Shown here one piece after another: positions 40,366-53,598 of a DNA stretch of 64,000 nucleotides. The position numbers were made by a program, and so were the translations under genes. A model generated the notes under the pieces. It did no database searches. It saw only the letters and a program-made list of their open reading frames with translations, and was not told the DNA's origin. Where the stretch lies: contig OX597840.1 of assembly GCA_951406725.2 (NCBI GenBank), positions 35,278,001 through 35,342,000 of the forward strand, given 5' to 3'. How positions within the stretch are numbered: position 1 is the first letter of the stretch; each line of letters begins with the position of its first letter. This stretch comes from Octopus vulgaris. Lineage: Eukaryota.

Positions 40366-40603
40366 AAATGTGAGTTTATTACTTGAGTTAAGAAGCTGAA
40401 GGTTTTGGAGTATATTTGCTTTTTACTTTTTATTTATTTGTATCCTTTCTAGAAAGAGGGAGCTAGTTTCTAACCAAGAAACAAAAATCTTCATCCACAA
40501 GATTTGGACAACAGGACAACAACAGCAATTTGTTATACAGGCATACCTCAGCTTAAGCTGTTTCGATTTAAGTCATTCTCAATTATACGTCAGTTTCCAA
40601 AAA

Positions 40604-41116
40604 TCTATATATATAAAACTGTAGTTGTGTGAGTGTCTGTCCCCTTCGATTTAGATTCCTAACTCCTCCCACATTTTGCGGTGCAGTTTAACCAAATTCG
40701 GGTATCTTATAGTCGTGATTCATATCGAGCCCGTCTGACTATTAGCGCACGTCTACGATGAGTCTACGATTTAAAAAATAATTTAACATCATTTTTTATT
40801 CCATTTTAATGCATAATTTTTCGTGTGGCGATGGTGGCGGAGTTGGCGTCCATGGTCACACCTGCACCTGTTTGCTTCTCCCCCTTCTTCCCTCCCTCGT
40901 GAAGCTGTGGGGAAGGGAGTGTAAGGAAATCAACATCGTAAAGCGTTGTCAAGGAGACCAGCGTTCTTTTAGAACAACGACTTCATGGCTTGAAGACACC
41001 AAAACAGAAATGGCTAAGAAAGCCCGAATTGGCATCTATAAGGGAAGTAACTCTCTAAAAATGCTTATATAGTTATTTCCCTTATAAACCCGAGCAACGC
41101 CGGGCGATACTGCTAG
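40604..41116 (+). mobile_element. Non-autonomous Helitron
   Basis: 5' TC, 3' CTAG, subterminal hairpin cccgagcaacgccggg, inserted between A and T with no TSD. Confidence 0.85.
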
Positions 41117-41265
41117 TAATATATAAGCAGAAATCAAGTTAAGTCATTTTACTCGACTTTACGTCTCTCTGCCACAAATATTGGAATTGTAAAATCACTA
41201 GAAAACCATTAAAAGCACATAAAATCATGTTACTGTACAATAAATAAGAATAAAAGTATATATAT

Positions 41266-41566
41266 TACGGAGATGTACTTGCATAGCAAGTGACCTGATC
41301 TGAGATCGTGTGCTGAAACGAAAACAATTGCAGCGTGGAAGGTGTTTGTAAGCCATTTAAGAAACACACAAAAGCCGTTCGATTCACTTCAACATTTAAA
41401 TTTAATTTGCTAAAATATTTTCGTCGCTTTAAGACCGCGACCTGTTCACTGATGCAGCACGGATTTTTGTCAGTGAAGAGGTCGCGGTCTTAAAACGAGG
41501 AAAATATTTTGACAAATTAAATTTAAATGTTGAAGTGAATGTAACGGCTTTTGTGTGTTTCTTAAA
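41266..41566. mobile_element. Palindromic (foldback/MITE-like) element, right arm truncated
   Basis: About 95-bp inverted arms at ~41355-41450 and ~41469-41565. Confidence 0.75.
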
Positions 41567-41836
41567 AGTGTATAAAATCATATTAAAACTTGTACAGTAA
41601 ATGTTAAGATACACACCATAAAGTAGTGTAGCTTAGTGAATGAAATCATGAAATCTCAAAATCACCAAATTTTATGTACGTATCGGTAAATCTAAAATAA
41701 TTTAGTTTTGTTTTTACTATTGCAAAATAATAATAATAATTGAATCTGTTTTTTAAGTTTTTTAAAGTTTTTTAAGGCTTTATTTTACCATGTCTTATTG
41801 GACATCACATTCTTAAATAAAGCGTCCATGATGTAC

Positions 41837-41872
<36 letters not shown>

Positions 41873-41929
41873 CATGTGTGTGTGCGTGATAGAGAGAGAA
41901 GGAATGTTAGCATATTTTAAGGGTATTAT

Positions 41930-42171
41930 TTTATTCTTTTACTTGGTTCGGTCATCTTGACTGTGGCCATGCTGGAGCACCGCCTTTAGTCAAACAAATC
42001 GACTTCTGGACTTATTCTTTGTAAGCCTGGTACTAATTCAGTCGGTCTCTTTTGCCAAACCACTAAGTTACGGGGACGTAAACACACCAACAGCGGTTGA
42101 CAATCGATGATGGGGGGACAAACACAGACACACAAACATATATATATATACACACATATATATACACATAC

Positions 42172-42204
<33 letters not shown>

Positions 42205-42250
42205 CACACACATATATATAGATATATATACATATATACACACATATATA
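41930..42250 (-). mobile_element. SINE family C, 3' half
   Basis: Family match. Confidence 0.85.
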
Positions 42251-42259
42251 CATATGTGT

Positions 42260-43605
42260 ACAACAGGAAATACTGTGACACAGGATTATGTAGGTGTTGT
42301 GACGCAGTAAATGTGGAAGTAAACGTGTAACACAGTTATGTACAGATGTTGTGACTGAGTATTATGGGGAGGTGTTGTAACACAGTATCATGTAGTAGTG
42401 GTGATGTGACAGCAATATGTACAGCTATTGTGACACAGTATTGTGTTGTAGTGTAGTGTCATAGTATTATGTGGAAATGCTATGGCACAATATTATGTAG
42501 AAGTTGTGACACAACATTTTGTAGAGGTTTTGTGATACAGTAATATGTAGAGGTATTGTGACAGTATGATATAATGGTGTGGTGTCACAGTATAACATGG
42601 AAATACTGTGACACATGATTATGTAGAGGTGTTGTGACACAGTAAATATGTGGAGGTAAATGTGTAACACAGTTATGTAGAGATGTTGTGACAGAGTATT
42701 ATGGAGAGGCGTTGTAACACAGTATCATGTAGTAGTGGTGATGTGACACAGCAATATGTACAGCTATTGTGACACAGTATTATGACATTATTTGTGCGTT
42801 TGTACTGGTTTTAAGGGGTTAAGGTTAGGGTGTTAGGGTTAGGTTTAAGGCTTTTGGGTTAGAGTTAGAGTTTTAGGGTTAGGGTTGTTATAAATAACAG
42901 TGACAAACGAAAAATACACCATCGGAAGTTCTTGTTGACAAAGAAAAGCAGTAATTTTGTTCAGCTGAATACACGTCATTGATTGGTTGAAATTACCGAA
43001 ATACGACAACTTTAATGTGAAATAACTTCCTAAATATAAGTTTTTCTCAAAAATGCTAAGAGTAAAAGATGTTTTATATGACGTGTGCAAGGAATGTACT
43101 TGTCTGACATACAACTGCAGTAATTTTGTTCAGCTGAATACACGTCATTGATTGGTTGAAATTACCGAAATACTACAACTTTAACGTGGAATAACTTCGT
43201 AAATATAGGTTTTTCTCAAAATCACTAAAAGTAAAAGATGTTTTATATGACACATTCTACCAGTGTCCGAAGTTTGAAAGTGTTTAGTTACAAAAAATAA
43301 TATTTTAAATCTGTCAGTCAAAAGGTAAAGATCCGGAAATGCTATGACACAATATTATGTAGAAGTGTTGTGACACAGCATTTTGTAGAGGTTCTGCGAT
43401 ACAGTAACATGTAGAGGTATTATGACAATATTATGTAGGGGTCTTGTACACAATATTATGTAGAAATGGTGTGATAGTTTTATAGAGATGTAATGTCTCA
43501 GAGTTATATAGAGGTTTTATGACACACAGTGATATACGTAGAGGTTTTGTGGACGATGTGTGGAGATTCAGTGACACAATTTTATGTAGAGGTACTTTGA
43601 CATAT
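42260..43605. repeat. Degenerate ~26-bp minisatellite (gtgacacagtattatgtagaggtgtt) interrupted by a MITE
   Basis: Recurring tgtgacaca..tatgtaga on both sides of 42790-43335. Confidence 0.8.
42790..43335. mobile_element. MITE remnant with TTAGGG-like interior and an internal tandem duplication
   Basis: Ends caaaaggtaaagatcc like the 27717 MITE; ~42949-43081 repeated at ~43118-43250. Confidence 0.7.
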
Positions 43606-43954
43606 GGTGGTTGGGTTTAACCTTCAGCTGTGGAATAAAATTTCATGGTTTTTTCCAGTAATGACATTAAACAACTACTAAAATTAGAATTGGTGTTTTC
43701 TGCAAGTCCTGTTGCCTCAATAAACTTGACATATCTCAACAGGAAATGGTTCCAAACATGACATTCCTCAATGAAACAATGACTGCCATATAAAACCAGT
43801 TTTCTGTTATTCAGTGTAATGAGATATTGAAGGGAAATGTTTGATTTTTGCAGTAATGGGTTAAAGAAAAATATAACTCATTCCTTTAGGAAAATCTATG
43901 GAAAATTTGGGATGATAAAAAATATAGTGATTACTATAGATTATACAACAGTAC

Positions 43955-44175
43955 CTATTTCTTTACTGCCCACAAGGGGCTAAACACAGAGGGGACAAAT
44001 GGATTAAGTCAGTTAGATCGATCCCAGTGTGTAACTGGTACTTAATTTATCGACCCTGAAAGGATGAAAGGCAAAGTCGACCTCAGCAGAATTTGAACTC
44101 AGAATGTAACGGCAGACAAAATACTGCTAAGCATTTCACCTGGCGTGCTAACAATTCTGCCAGCTCGCCACCTTT
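43955..44175 (-). mobile_element. SINE family A with TSD
   Basis: Family match; aacagtacc on both flanks. Confidence 0.88.
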
Positions 44176-44194
44176 ATGTAACAGTACCGCCTGA

Positions 44195-44926
44195 TTCGCA
44201 CCTGTAAAGGTGGCATGTAAAAAGCACCATTTGAGTGCGGTCAATGCCAGTGCCGCCTGACTGGTCCCATGCCAGTGGCATGTAAAAAAGCACCATTCAA
44301 GCGTGGCTGATGCCAGTACTGCCTGACTGGCCCTCGTACCAGTGGCATGTAAAAAGCACCCACTACACTCTGGGAGTGGTTGGCGTTAGGAAGGGCATCC
44401 AGCTGTAGAAACCTTGCCAGATTAGATTGGAGCCTGGTGCAGCCATCTGGTTCACCAGTCCTCAGTCAAACCATCCAACCCATGCCAGCATAGAAAGCAG
44501 ACGTTAAACGACGACGACGATGATGATGATGAGAGAAATTATCATTTCTAACCCACTGAACAAGAGACATTCAGTAACAGCACCCTAGAGTACACTAGAG
44601 TAAAGATTATTTGCCAACATAATGTGGCAGTCCCAGTTAGGACAAATGTTACTGTTATTTATCCCCAGGATGCAGATAGTGTGTTGATAGCCAGCTGGAG
44701 ACGATGTTTCCTGGGGCTAAATAATACCGGAGGCACATAGAAGCACTTACTACACACTGAGAGTGGTTGGCGTTAGGAAGGGCATCCAGCTGTAGAAACC
44801 TTGCCAGATTAGATTGGAGTCTGGTGCAGCCATCTGGCTCACCAGCCCTCAGTCAAACTGTCCAACCCATGCCAGCATGGAAAGCGGATGTTAAATGACA
44901 ACAATGATGATGATGATGATGACGAT
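44195..44926 (+). mobile_element. Two RTE-type 3' ends with GAT tails
   Basis: aaaagcacc repeats; ccaacccatgccagcat..gttaaa termini at ~44510 and ~44895. Confidence 0.85.
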
Positions 44927-45086
44927 GTGTGTGTGTGTGTGCCTGTATGATTATTCTATATTTCTGTAAAAATCATCATCATCAATCATCATCAATCATT
45001 ATGTGTGTGTGTGTGTGTACTTATATATATGCATATTTGTCTGCATGAATGCATAGTTTACCAAAAACTTGACTATAAGAGGAAGT

Positions 45087-45139
<53 letters not shown>

Positions 45140-45766
45140 GACAGAGACAGAGAGACAGACAGACAGACAGAGAGAAAGAGACTTTTGACAGAGTCCTCCT
45201 AGCAGAGAGTATAGATGCTTAATATAAATATAAATATATATATATATATACATAATATACATATATATATACATAATATACATATATATGTGTGTGTATA
45301 TATATAAATATATATGTATATGTATATATGTATATATGTATATATATATATATGTATATATGTATATATATACACATACACACACATATATGAATATGTA
45401 AATGTATACAGATAGATAGATAGACAGAGAGAGAGAGATAAATGGATGGATAGAGAGGGATGAGAGAAAGGGAGAGGTGGAGGGAAAGGTGACGGGGGGG
45501 TCTTGCTTTCATTGATTATAATGTCACCTCCGACCTATATCTGCTTTGTGTTGGAGCACAATTAGTCTCGTGCCTTAAGATGAGAAATAGTCGTTAAAAG
45601 CTATTAGTTTACTGGGGTGACGACGAAGATGCAAGCACCACACATCTACTTATAAACCTAAGCGAGTGTATATATATATATGTGTGTGTGTGTGCATGTA
45701 TGTATACACACACACATAAATATACAGGTATACAAACGTACATACATATATACATATAAGTAATAA

Positions 45767-45851
<85 letters not shown>

Positions 45852-46424
45852 GTACATATATATATATATATGTATATATGTGTGTGTGAGTGCATGTATG
45901 TATACACACATATAAATATAGAAGGTATACATACATACATATAAGTAATAATTATATATATATATGTGTGTGTGTGTATACATATATATCATGATGATGA
46001 TGATGATGATGATGATGATGTATATATATATGTGTGTATGTGTGTGTGTGTGTCTGCATGAGAGAAAAAGAGGTAAAGGAATAAACAATTATCTTAAGAA
46101 CCTCGTTAGCTCAAAGCTGTTCATACGTAAGTATATGTGTGTGTGTGTATGTGTGTGTGTGTGTGTGTATGTACACACACACACACACACACACATATAT
46201 GTATATTCACAAACACACACACACACACATATATATAGACATATACACAAATGCATTATGCAGAAATATGAATGCATATATTTTGTATGTGTGTATACAC
46301 TGCTATAAACACACAAAACGTTGAAGTGTTACGAACGGTAGGTTGTTAATTATTACTAATTACGGTTTGTGTAATTTAATACCATTGTAGGTTGGTGTAT
46401 ACATACAGACATGCACATGCATAT

Positions 46425-46472
<48 letters not shown>

Positions 46473-46994
46473 GTGGAGAGTGAGAGCGTAAAGGGTGGCG
46501 GGGACAAAGGATTTCAATGATAAGAGATGAGAGCTTTCCAATAGATGCCAGCAAGGAAAAACATATATAAAATGATGATGATATATAATGAATGAGTGAG
46601 TGTATATTAGTGTATACAAACATGAATGAAAAGAATTCAAAACAAGGTATAAAGTAGAACAAAATTTAATTGAAACTGTGTCTTCACTGGCATGCTAGGA
46701 TGTTTTGTCTCTTCACATGAAAGGTAGCACGGCTATCTCAAGCACCACCTGATATATCGAAAGAGGAAACTTCATGTCATGTCAGTGAGCCTCCAGGTTT
46801 GATTAAAGTATATATATCATATTTCTGTTGTTGGTTTAGAAGCAGAAATTCCCAGGAGGAGTGGATCTCCAGTCCCCTCGCTCCCACCCCTATTAGGATG
46901 GTAAGGAGAGTGATGAAGGCAGAAGTGGTAGGCAGCAGAACCAGAGGCAAACTTTGGTCTGTGTGGATGGAGGGAGTGAGGAAAGCATTGGTGG

Positions 46995-47031
<37 letters not shown>

Positions 47032-47034
<3 letters not shown>

Positions 47035-47445
47035 CCTAGGATCATAGGGGGACCTGCTGTGCTTGAGGAGACCTATTGAGTCAACTACATCATCATCAAA
47101 ATAAATATCAAATGGAAATTGTAGTTGTGATACCTGTGCCGGTGGCATGTAAAAAGCACCATCTGAGCGTGGCCGATGCCAGCGCCACCCTGACTGGATT
47201 CTGTGCCAGTGGCACGTAAAAAGCATCAACTGATTGTGGCTGCAGCCAGCCTCCACTGGCATCTGTGCCGGTGGCACGTAAAAATCATCCACTACACTCA
47301 CGGAGTGGTTGGCATTAGGAAGGGCATCCAGCTGTAGAAACACTGCCAGATCAGAATGGAGCCTGGTGCAGCCTCCTGGCTTCCTAGACCCTGGTCGAAC
47401 AGTCCAACTCATACTAGCACTGAAAACGGATGTTAAACGATGATG

Positions 47446-47446
<1 letters not shown>
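47032..47446 (+). mobile_element. RTE 3' UTR
   Basis: Matches 39950-40365. Confidence 0.88.
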
Positions 47447-47485
<39 letters not shown>

Positions 47486-47541
47486 AAGTATGTATGTATA
47501 TATACATAATATATATGTACATGTATATATATATATATATA

Positions 47542-48095
47542 TGGAAACTAGGTGTAGATGAGTGGTTAGTGAGAGCTGTATAAGCCATGTACAGGGATGC
47601 TGTCAGTAAGGTGAGGGTTGGCAACTATACTTGTTGCCAACCAATGAGTATAGTGAAGAATTCTAGGTAGAGGGGTCCACCAAGGATCAGTCCTCAGCCC
47701 CCCTCTTATTCATCATAGTCCTCCAGACAATAACAGAGGAATTCAAGACAGAACACCGCTGGGAGCTCCTCTATGCTGATGACCTTGCTCTAATTGCTGA
47801 GTCACTATCAGAACTAGGGGAGAAGTTTCAGGTGTGGAAGCAAGGTCTAGAATCAAAGGGCCTTAGAGTCAATCTAGCAAAAACCAAAGTCTTAATAAGT
47901 AGGAAGGCAGACAAACCACAAATTCCTTCAGGTAGATGGCCCTGCTCGATCTGTAGGAACTCTATAAGATGCACCAAGTGTAAGCTATAGACACATAAGA
48001 GGTGCAGCAATGTCAAAGGAAGGCTAACTAGGAATATAGTTTTTGTATGTGGCAGATGCTCAGGAGCAATAAACACTGAAAGTGTGCAGAAAACA
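47542..48095 (+). pseudogene. RTE reverse transcriptase fragment followed by a Cys/His finger
   Basis: GVHQGSVLSPLLF, LLYADDLAL, GLRVNLAKTK, then CSIC..CTKC..HKRC..CGRC; contains stops. Confidence 0.9.
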
Positions 48096-48097
48096 GC

Positions 48098-48103
48098 AGA
48101 TAG

Positions 48104-48154
<51 letters not shown>

Positions 48155-48412
48155 TATAGATAGATAGATAGATAGATATATAGATAGATAGAAAGATAGA
48201 TAGATAGTTAGGTAGATAGACAGATAGATAGATAGATCGATAGATAGATAGATAGATATATAGATAGATAGATAGATATATAGATAGATAGAAAGATAGA
48301 TAGATAGTTAGGTAGATAGACAGATAGATAGATAAATAGATAGATAGATAGACAGAGAGATAGATAGATAGAGAGAGAGAGAGAGATAGAGAGATAGCGA
48401 GATAGATAGATA
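48098..48412. repeat. (GATA)n microsatellite
   Basis: Direct reading. Confidence 0.97.
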
Positions 48413-48920
48413 ACTTTCTTTATTGGCCGCACAGGGTTGGACACAGAGGGGACAATTACAAATGTAGAGCTTTTCTTTTCGAAGATGGAAAAAAAAAAAA
48501 AAAGGAAACAAATGTAAAATTTCGATCAAAAGGGATCAGGCAAAAAAAAAAAGATAGACAGATAGATAGATAGAAACTGATAGGTAGATTGTTTAATTAG
48601 TGGCAGAGAAACTATTGTATAGGTACATCCGTGTTAATGTTTACATTCTGTGTCTTCCTATTAAAACACTGAACTAAAAATTGCAGCATTTGTTGTCGTT
48701 TCTCGTTAATAAACAACCATCCCCACTGCAGCTTTATGCTTTGAAGACAAGTGGAAGAAAAACTTGTCCAACTTGAAAAACAGGTAGGGTTAATGACAGG
48801 AAGAGCACCTGTCTGCAAAACAATGCCTTGGAAATATTTTCTCATCTAAAATGGGAAAACATGTAAAAGAAACAAAAGAATAAAAGGGTTTCTTTCCTCC
48901 TGTAGAAACACACTGCTGAG

Positions 48921-48951
<31 letters not shown>

Positions 48952-49015
48952 TCATCATCATCATCATCATCGTTTAACATCCGTTCTCAACGCTAGATAT
49001 ATATATATATATATA

Positions 49016-49408
49016 CTAGCAGTATCGCCCGGCGTTGCTCGGGTTTGTTTTGACCCGCTGGAATTGGAATTTTTGAAAAGTAAAAATTTTGCATTATGTA
49101 GCTTGTTATTCTTTTCAGGTGAACATTTTTCTGGTTGAAATACACCGAAAAGTGGCAACACAGCAGTGAAAGAAATCGTAAAAAATAGGGATTTTCATAG
49201 AAAAAATGCACCCTTTTGATGTAAATAATTTTTGGTGTTAACATGGTCCGATTTGAATTTTATCTCCTACGGAAGGAAGAGCAAGCCTTCTTCTATCATA
49301 CTCTCAATTTTGGTCAACTTGCGCCGCAGGGTCTCGGAGGAGATAGTGTTAGTTGAAGGCTACCAAATCTGGCACGCACAGACAACTTCAGCTTTATATA
49401 GAGAGAGA
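49016..49408 (-). mobile_element. Non-autonomous Helitron
   Basis: Same 3' end (aaacccgagcaacgccgggcgatactgctag) as 40604-41116; TC start with tataaagctgaagttgt. Confidence 0.85.
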
Positions 49409-49544
49409 TAACACACACACATTAATACACATACATACACACACACACACACATGTATGTATGTATGTATGTATGTATGTATGGATGTATGTATGTATAT
49501 ATGTACATCTGTCCACTTCTTGCCATATTTTTATCCTTCACTTC

Positions 49545-49591
<47 letters not shown>

Positions 49592-50444
49592 AACACTCAC
49601 ACACACACACAGACACACATACACGGATGCACACACCTTCTTAGCTTACAATTTCTTTCTTTCAACAATTGACAACAGAAGTACGCTTGCAAATTTATAC
49701 TACCAAAACTTAGCGACAGAAAGTAAATTAAAAACCAATTTTAATTTATAAAATATAGAATGGAATGTACTTCGAAAAATCATAGGTAAATTCCAATTGA
49801 AGAAATTGTGTGAGGAGTAAATCGTTATGTATTTATTTGTTTCTGTTTCCTGTGTATTTTTTTTGAGTAGTGGTTTAAGGTACACTTGCAAAGAGAAAGT
49901 AGGAGAAAGTGTGGTAATAGAAGGAGTGAAGCAGTTGAAATTAGAGAGGTAAATCGTAAAATATTTAGTTTTCTCGAATTTTTGCTTAATTGGGGGTCAA
50001 ATTGAAAAAACTTTATATGCCATGACCCAATCGAATCTACTTCGAAAAATCATAGGTAAATTTCAATTGAAGAAATTCTATATTGTACAATTATATTAAA
50101 AACAAACTATGTCAGAAGCAGAGAAAATCTGCCTTTTATCATAAGAGATATATACATATAAAGGGTGAAATATAATTAATTTAATAAAATCAATAAATTT
50201 CACCTAGTAGTCTTCTGGTATGGAAAGGACCATATTCGGTAAAAAATTATATAATTATAACAAAGGGTTTTTTGCAACAAGTTGCTTAAACCACATATAG
50301 GGGTTACAAATACTGTTGTTTGTGGAGACTTATTTTTGTAGTAATAGTAATAGTAGCCCATTTGACAACTATTTCTAATATTTTCGGTATGTGGTTTAAG
50401 CACTTGTTACAAAAAACCCTTTATTATAATTATATATATATATA

Positions 50445-50613
50445 CATATATGATGGGCTTCTTTCAGTTTCTGTCTACCAAATCCACTCACAAGGCTTTG
50501 GTTGGCCCAAAGCTATAGTAGAAGACACTTGTCCAAGGTGCCATGCAGTGGGACTGAACCCGGAATCTTGTGGTTGGTAAGCAAGCTACTTACCACACAG
50601 CCACTCCTGTGCC

Positions 50614-50615
<2 letters not shown>
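50445..50615 (-). mobile_element. SINE family C, 5' half
   Basis: Family match. Confidence 0.85.
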
Positions 50616-50656
<41 letters not shown>

Positions 50657-50694
50657 CCTATATATATATATATATATACACATATATATAGTCA

Positions 50695-50734
<40 letters not shown>

Positions 50735-50745
50735 TATATTCAGCC

Positions 50746-50779
<34 letters not shown>

Positions 50780-50944
50780 TATATTCAGCCTATATATATA
50801 TATATATATATACACATATATATAGTCAGCCTATATATATATATACATACACACATATATATATTCAGCCTATATATATATATATATATACACATATATA
50901 TATTCAGCCTATATATATATATATATATACACATATATATATTC

Positions 50945-50977
<33 letters not shown>

Positions 50978-51072
50978 TATAGTCAGCCTATATATATATA
51001 TAGATATATATATATACACACATATATATATTCAGCCTATATATATATATACACACACATATATATATTCAG

Positions 51073-51124
<52 letters not shown>

Positions 51125-51195
51125 TATATTCAGTTTTATATATACATATATATATATATTCAGCCTATATATATATATACATCTATATATTCAGT
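50615..51195. repeat. TA-based minisatellite with constant ttcagcc core
   Basis: atattcagcc(ta)n(ca)n repeated more than ten times. Confidence 0.9.
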
Positions 51196-51704
51196 TTTGC
51201 AATCAACATGGGATAAGTGAACAACATTACAACAATAACAACAAGAACAACATCGATACCATCATCATCATCATCACCACCACAATGGAAACAGCCTGTA
51301 ATCAGGTAAGCAGTATCTGCTAGAAATAGCAGCAAAATCTCCCTTAATTCACATCTTACTGACTTAAGACACAGATAAATGTGTTATCTCTGAAACAACG
51401 AATATAAAAGACAGGGTGGCCATGGTTGGAATGTTTTGGTCAAATGTATGCCACAATTAGGGTTGACCTGGGGTTAAATAAGAATGACAGAAACAACAAC
51501 ATCAATTATTGCAGCAGGAAAAGCTGTCCTAGGAAATTATGAAAGCACGAGGGAAAGTAAACAAACCCACACACACACACACATATATATAGAAGTGCAT
51601 ACAAATGCACACATACAACGAAACACATGCAATCACGTGTGCATGCGTGCACGCGCACACTTGAATGCAAGTTTATGTAAACATGTTTTAGAAAATACTG
51701 TCAA

Positions 51705-51815
51705 CATCATTATCACCACCACCACCACCACCACCACCATCATCACCACCACCACATCATCATCATCATCATCATCATCATCACCACCACTACTACCATC
51801 ATCATCATCATCATC

Positions 51816-51854
<39 letters not shown>

Positions 51855-52125
51855 CCACCACTACTACCATCATCATCATCATCATCTCCACCATTATCAT
51901 CACCACAACCATCATCATCACCACCATCATCATTACCACCACCACCACCACCACCACTACTACCATCATCATCATCATCACCATCATCCTCATCACCACC
52001 ACCATCATCATCACTACCACCACCACCACTACCATCATCAGCACCACCACCACCATCACCACCACCATCATCACCACCACCACTACCATCATCACCACCA
52101 CCATCACCACCACCCCAACCACCAG
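51705..52125. repeat. (CAT/CAC)n microsatellite
   Basis: Direct reading. Confidence 0.95.
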
Positions 52126-52446
52126 TAGTATTCTCGTTCTTTTTATAATTATCAGCGTTGTTGATACAGTACAGGTCGTGATTATGACAACAATCACAAT
52201 AATGATGATGAGGGCAGCGGTGGTGGTGGTGGTGATGATGAGGACGCTGAGGATGATGAGGAAGCAGATCTTCCTCATTATCATCGTTCTTTATGCTATT
52301 CATTATTGCTATCAATATTTCATCCTCACCTTCGCCACCACCACCACCACCACCACCAACGTCTTGTGGTGTTGCCTTCATCTATGCCCCTGCAGCAAAT
52401 AAAAGAAGTTATCATTATTATCATTATTATTATTATTATTATTATT

Positions 52447-53418
52447 GCCTTTGCACAGCTTCTAACGCTGGAGATGTACTACAGTGTCAGCTGTTCACTA
52501 CTAGTGAACTAAGGTAACACCTCTTAGTTTTCGAGCACCTTCCGGGGTATTCGAGCAGTTCCAAGCTGTGCTGTTTTCTGCAAGTGCTCCACCCTTATTG
52601 CAGCCCCTATTTGTTCCACGTACTTCTTGAGATTTTTACACACTGTTCCTAGGGCTCCGACAATTATTGGTACTACTGCTACCTTTTTCATCGACCACAA
52701 CTGCTTAACTTCCCAAGCTAACCTGTCATATCCCTCAACATTTCTTTCTTCCTTATCGCATATCTTGTTATCAGCTGGGTATGCTATACTTATGATCCAG
52801 CATAGTTTGTTTTCTTTCTCAATTAAGACTATGTCCGGTTTCCTATTCTCAATCTCATGGTCGCACTGAATTATAAAATCCCACAGGATCTTTGCATTTC
52901 TATTTTCGATGGTGCCTTCGGGTTTGTGGTCGTGCCAATTTTTTGCTCTGTCAAGACCATACTTGTTGCAAAGTGTCCAATGGACAAGCCTGGCTATATT
53001 GTTGTGGCGTCTCTTATATTCCTCCTGGGCTAGTGGCATACATTGGCTGGATATATTCCATACGGTTTCACCATTTTGTCCACAGATTCTGCACTTATCA
53101 CTTTCTGATGTGTTGTCTATTCTGTATTTTATGTAGTTTGTTCTTAGTGCTTATTCTTGGGCAGCACAGATTAGAGCCTCTGTTTCCGGTTTTAAATCAC
53201 TTTTAGTCATCCACAGCCATCTTTTTCTCTGTCTGTCTTATCTTCAACATCCCTATGGAATTGACTATGCAATCTTTTCTTTACCCGCCTATTCATTTTC
53301 AATATCTTGTATAATGCTTTATCTTTGAAATCTTTCATCCTACACAAGCCTGACCCTAGTACAACTTTGTCTATCAGGAGTTGATCCTTGGTACCTCCGC
53401 ACTTACGCTTACAACCCT
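52447..53418 (-). mobile_element. R4/Dong LINE 3' part with zinc knuckle and restriction-like endonuclease, internally deleted, between (TAA)n tracts
   Basis: GTKDQLLID, LKPETEALICAAQE, CRIC..ETV..C, YKRRHN, ILWDF..RKPDIV and VPIIVGALG motifs. Confidence 0.92.
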
Positions 53419-53564
53419 TATTATTATTGTTATTATTATTATTATTATTAGCGTTAGGAAGGGCATCAAGCTGTAGAAACACTTCCAGATCAGACCCCAG
53501 TCGAACTGTCCAACCCATTCCATCATGGAAAACGGATGCTAAACGATGATTATTATTATTATTA

Positions 53565-53596
<32 letters not shown>

Positions 53597-53598
<2 letters not shown>

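Noticed and set aside
42815-42885. Interstitial telomere or fusion site
   Set aside because: Only a few imperfect TTAGGG units inside a MITE-like element; a similar tract sits next to the related fragment at ~23790.
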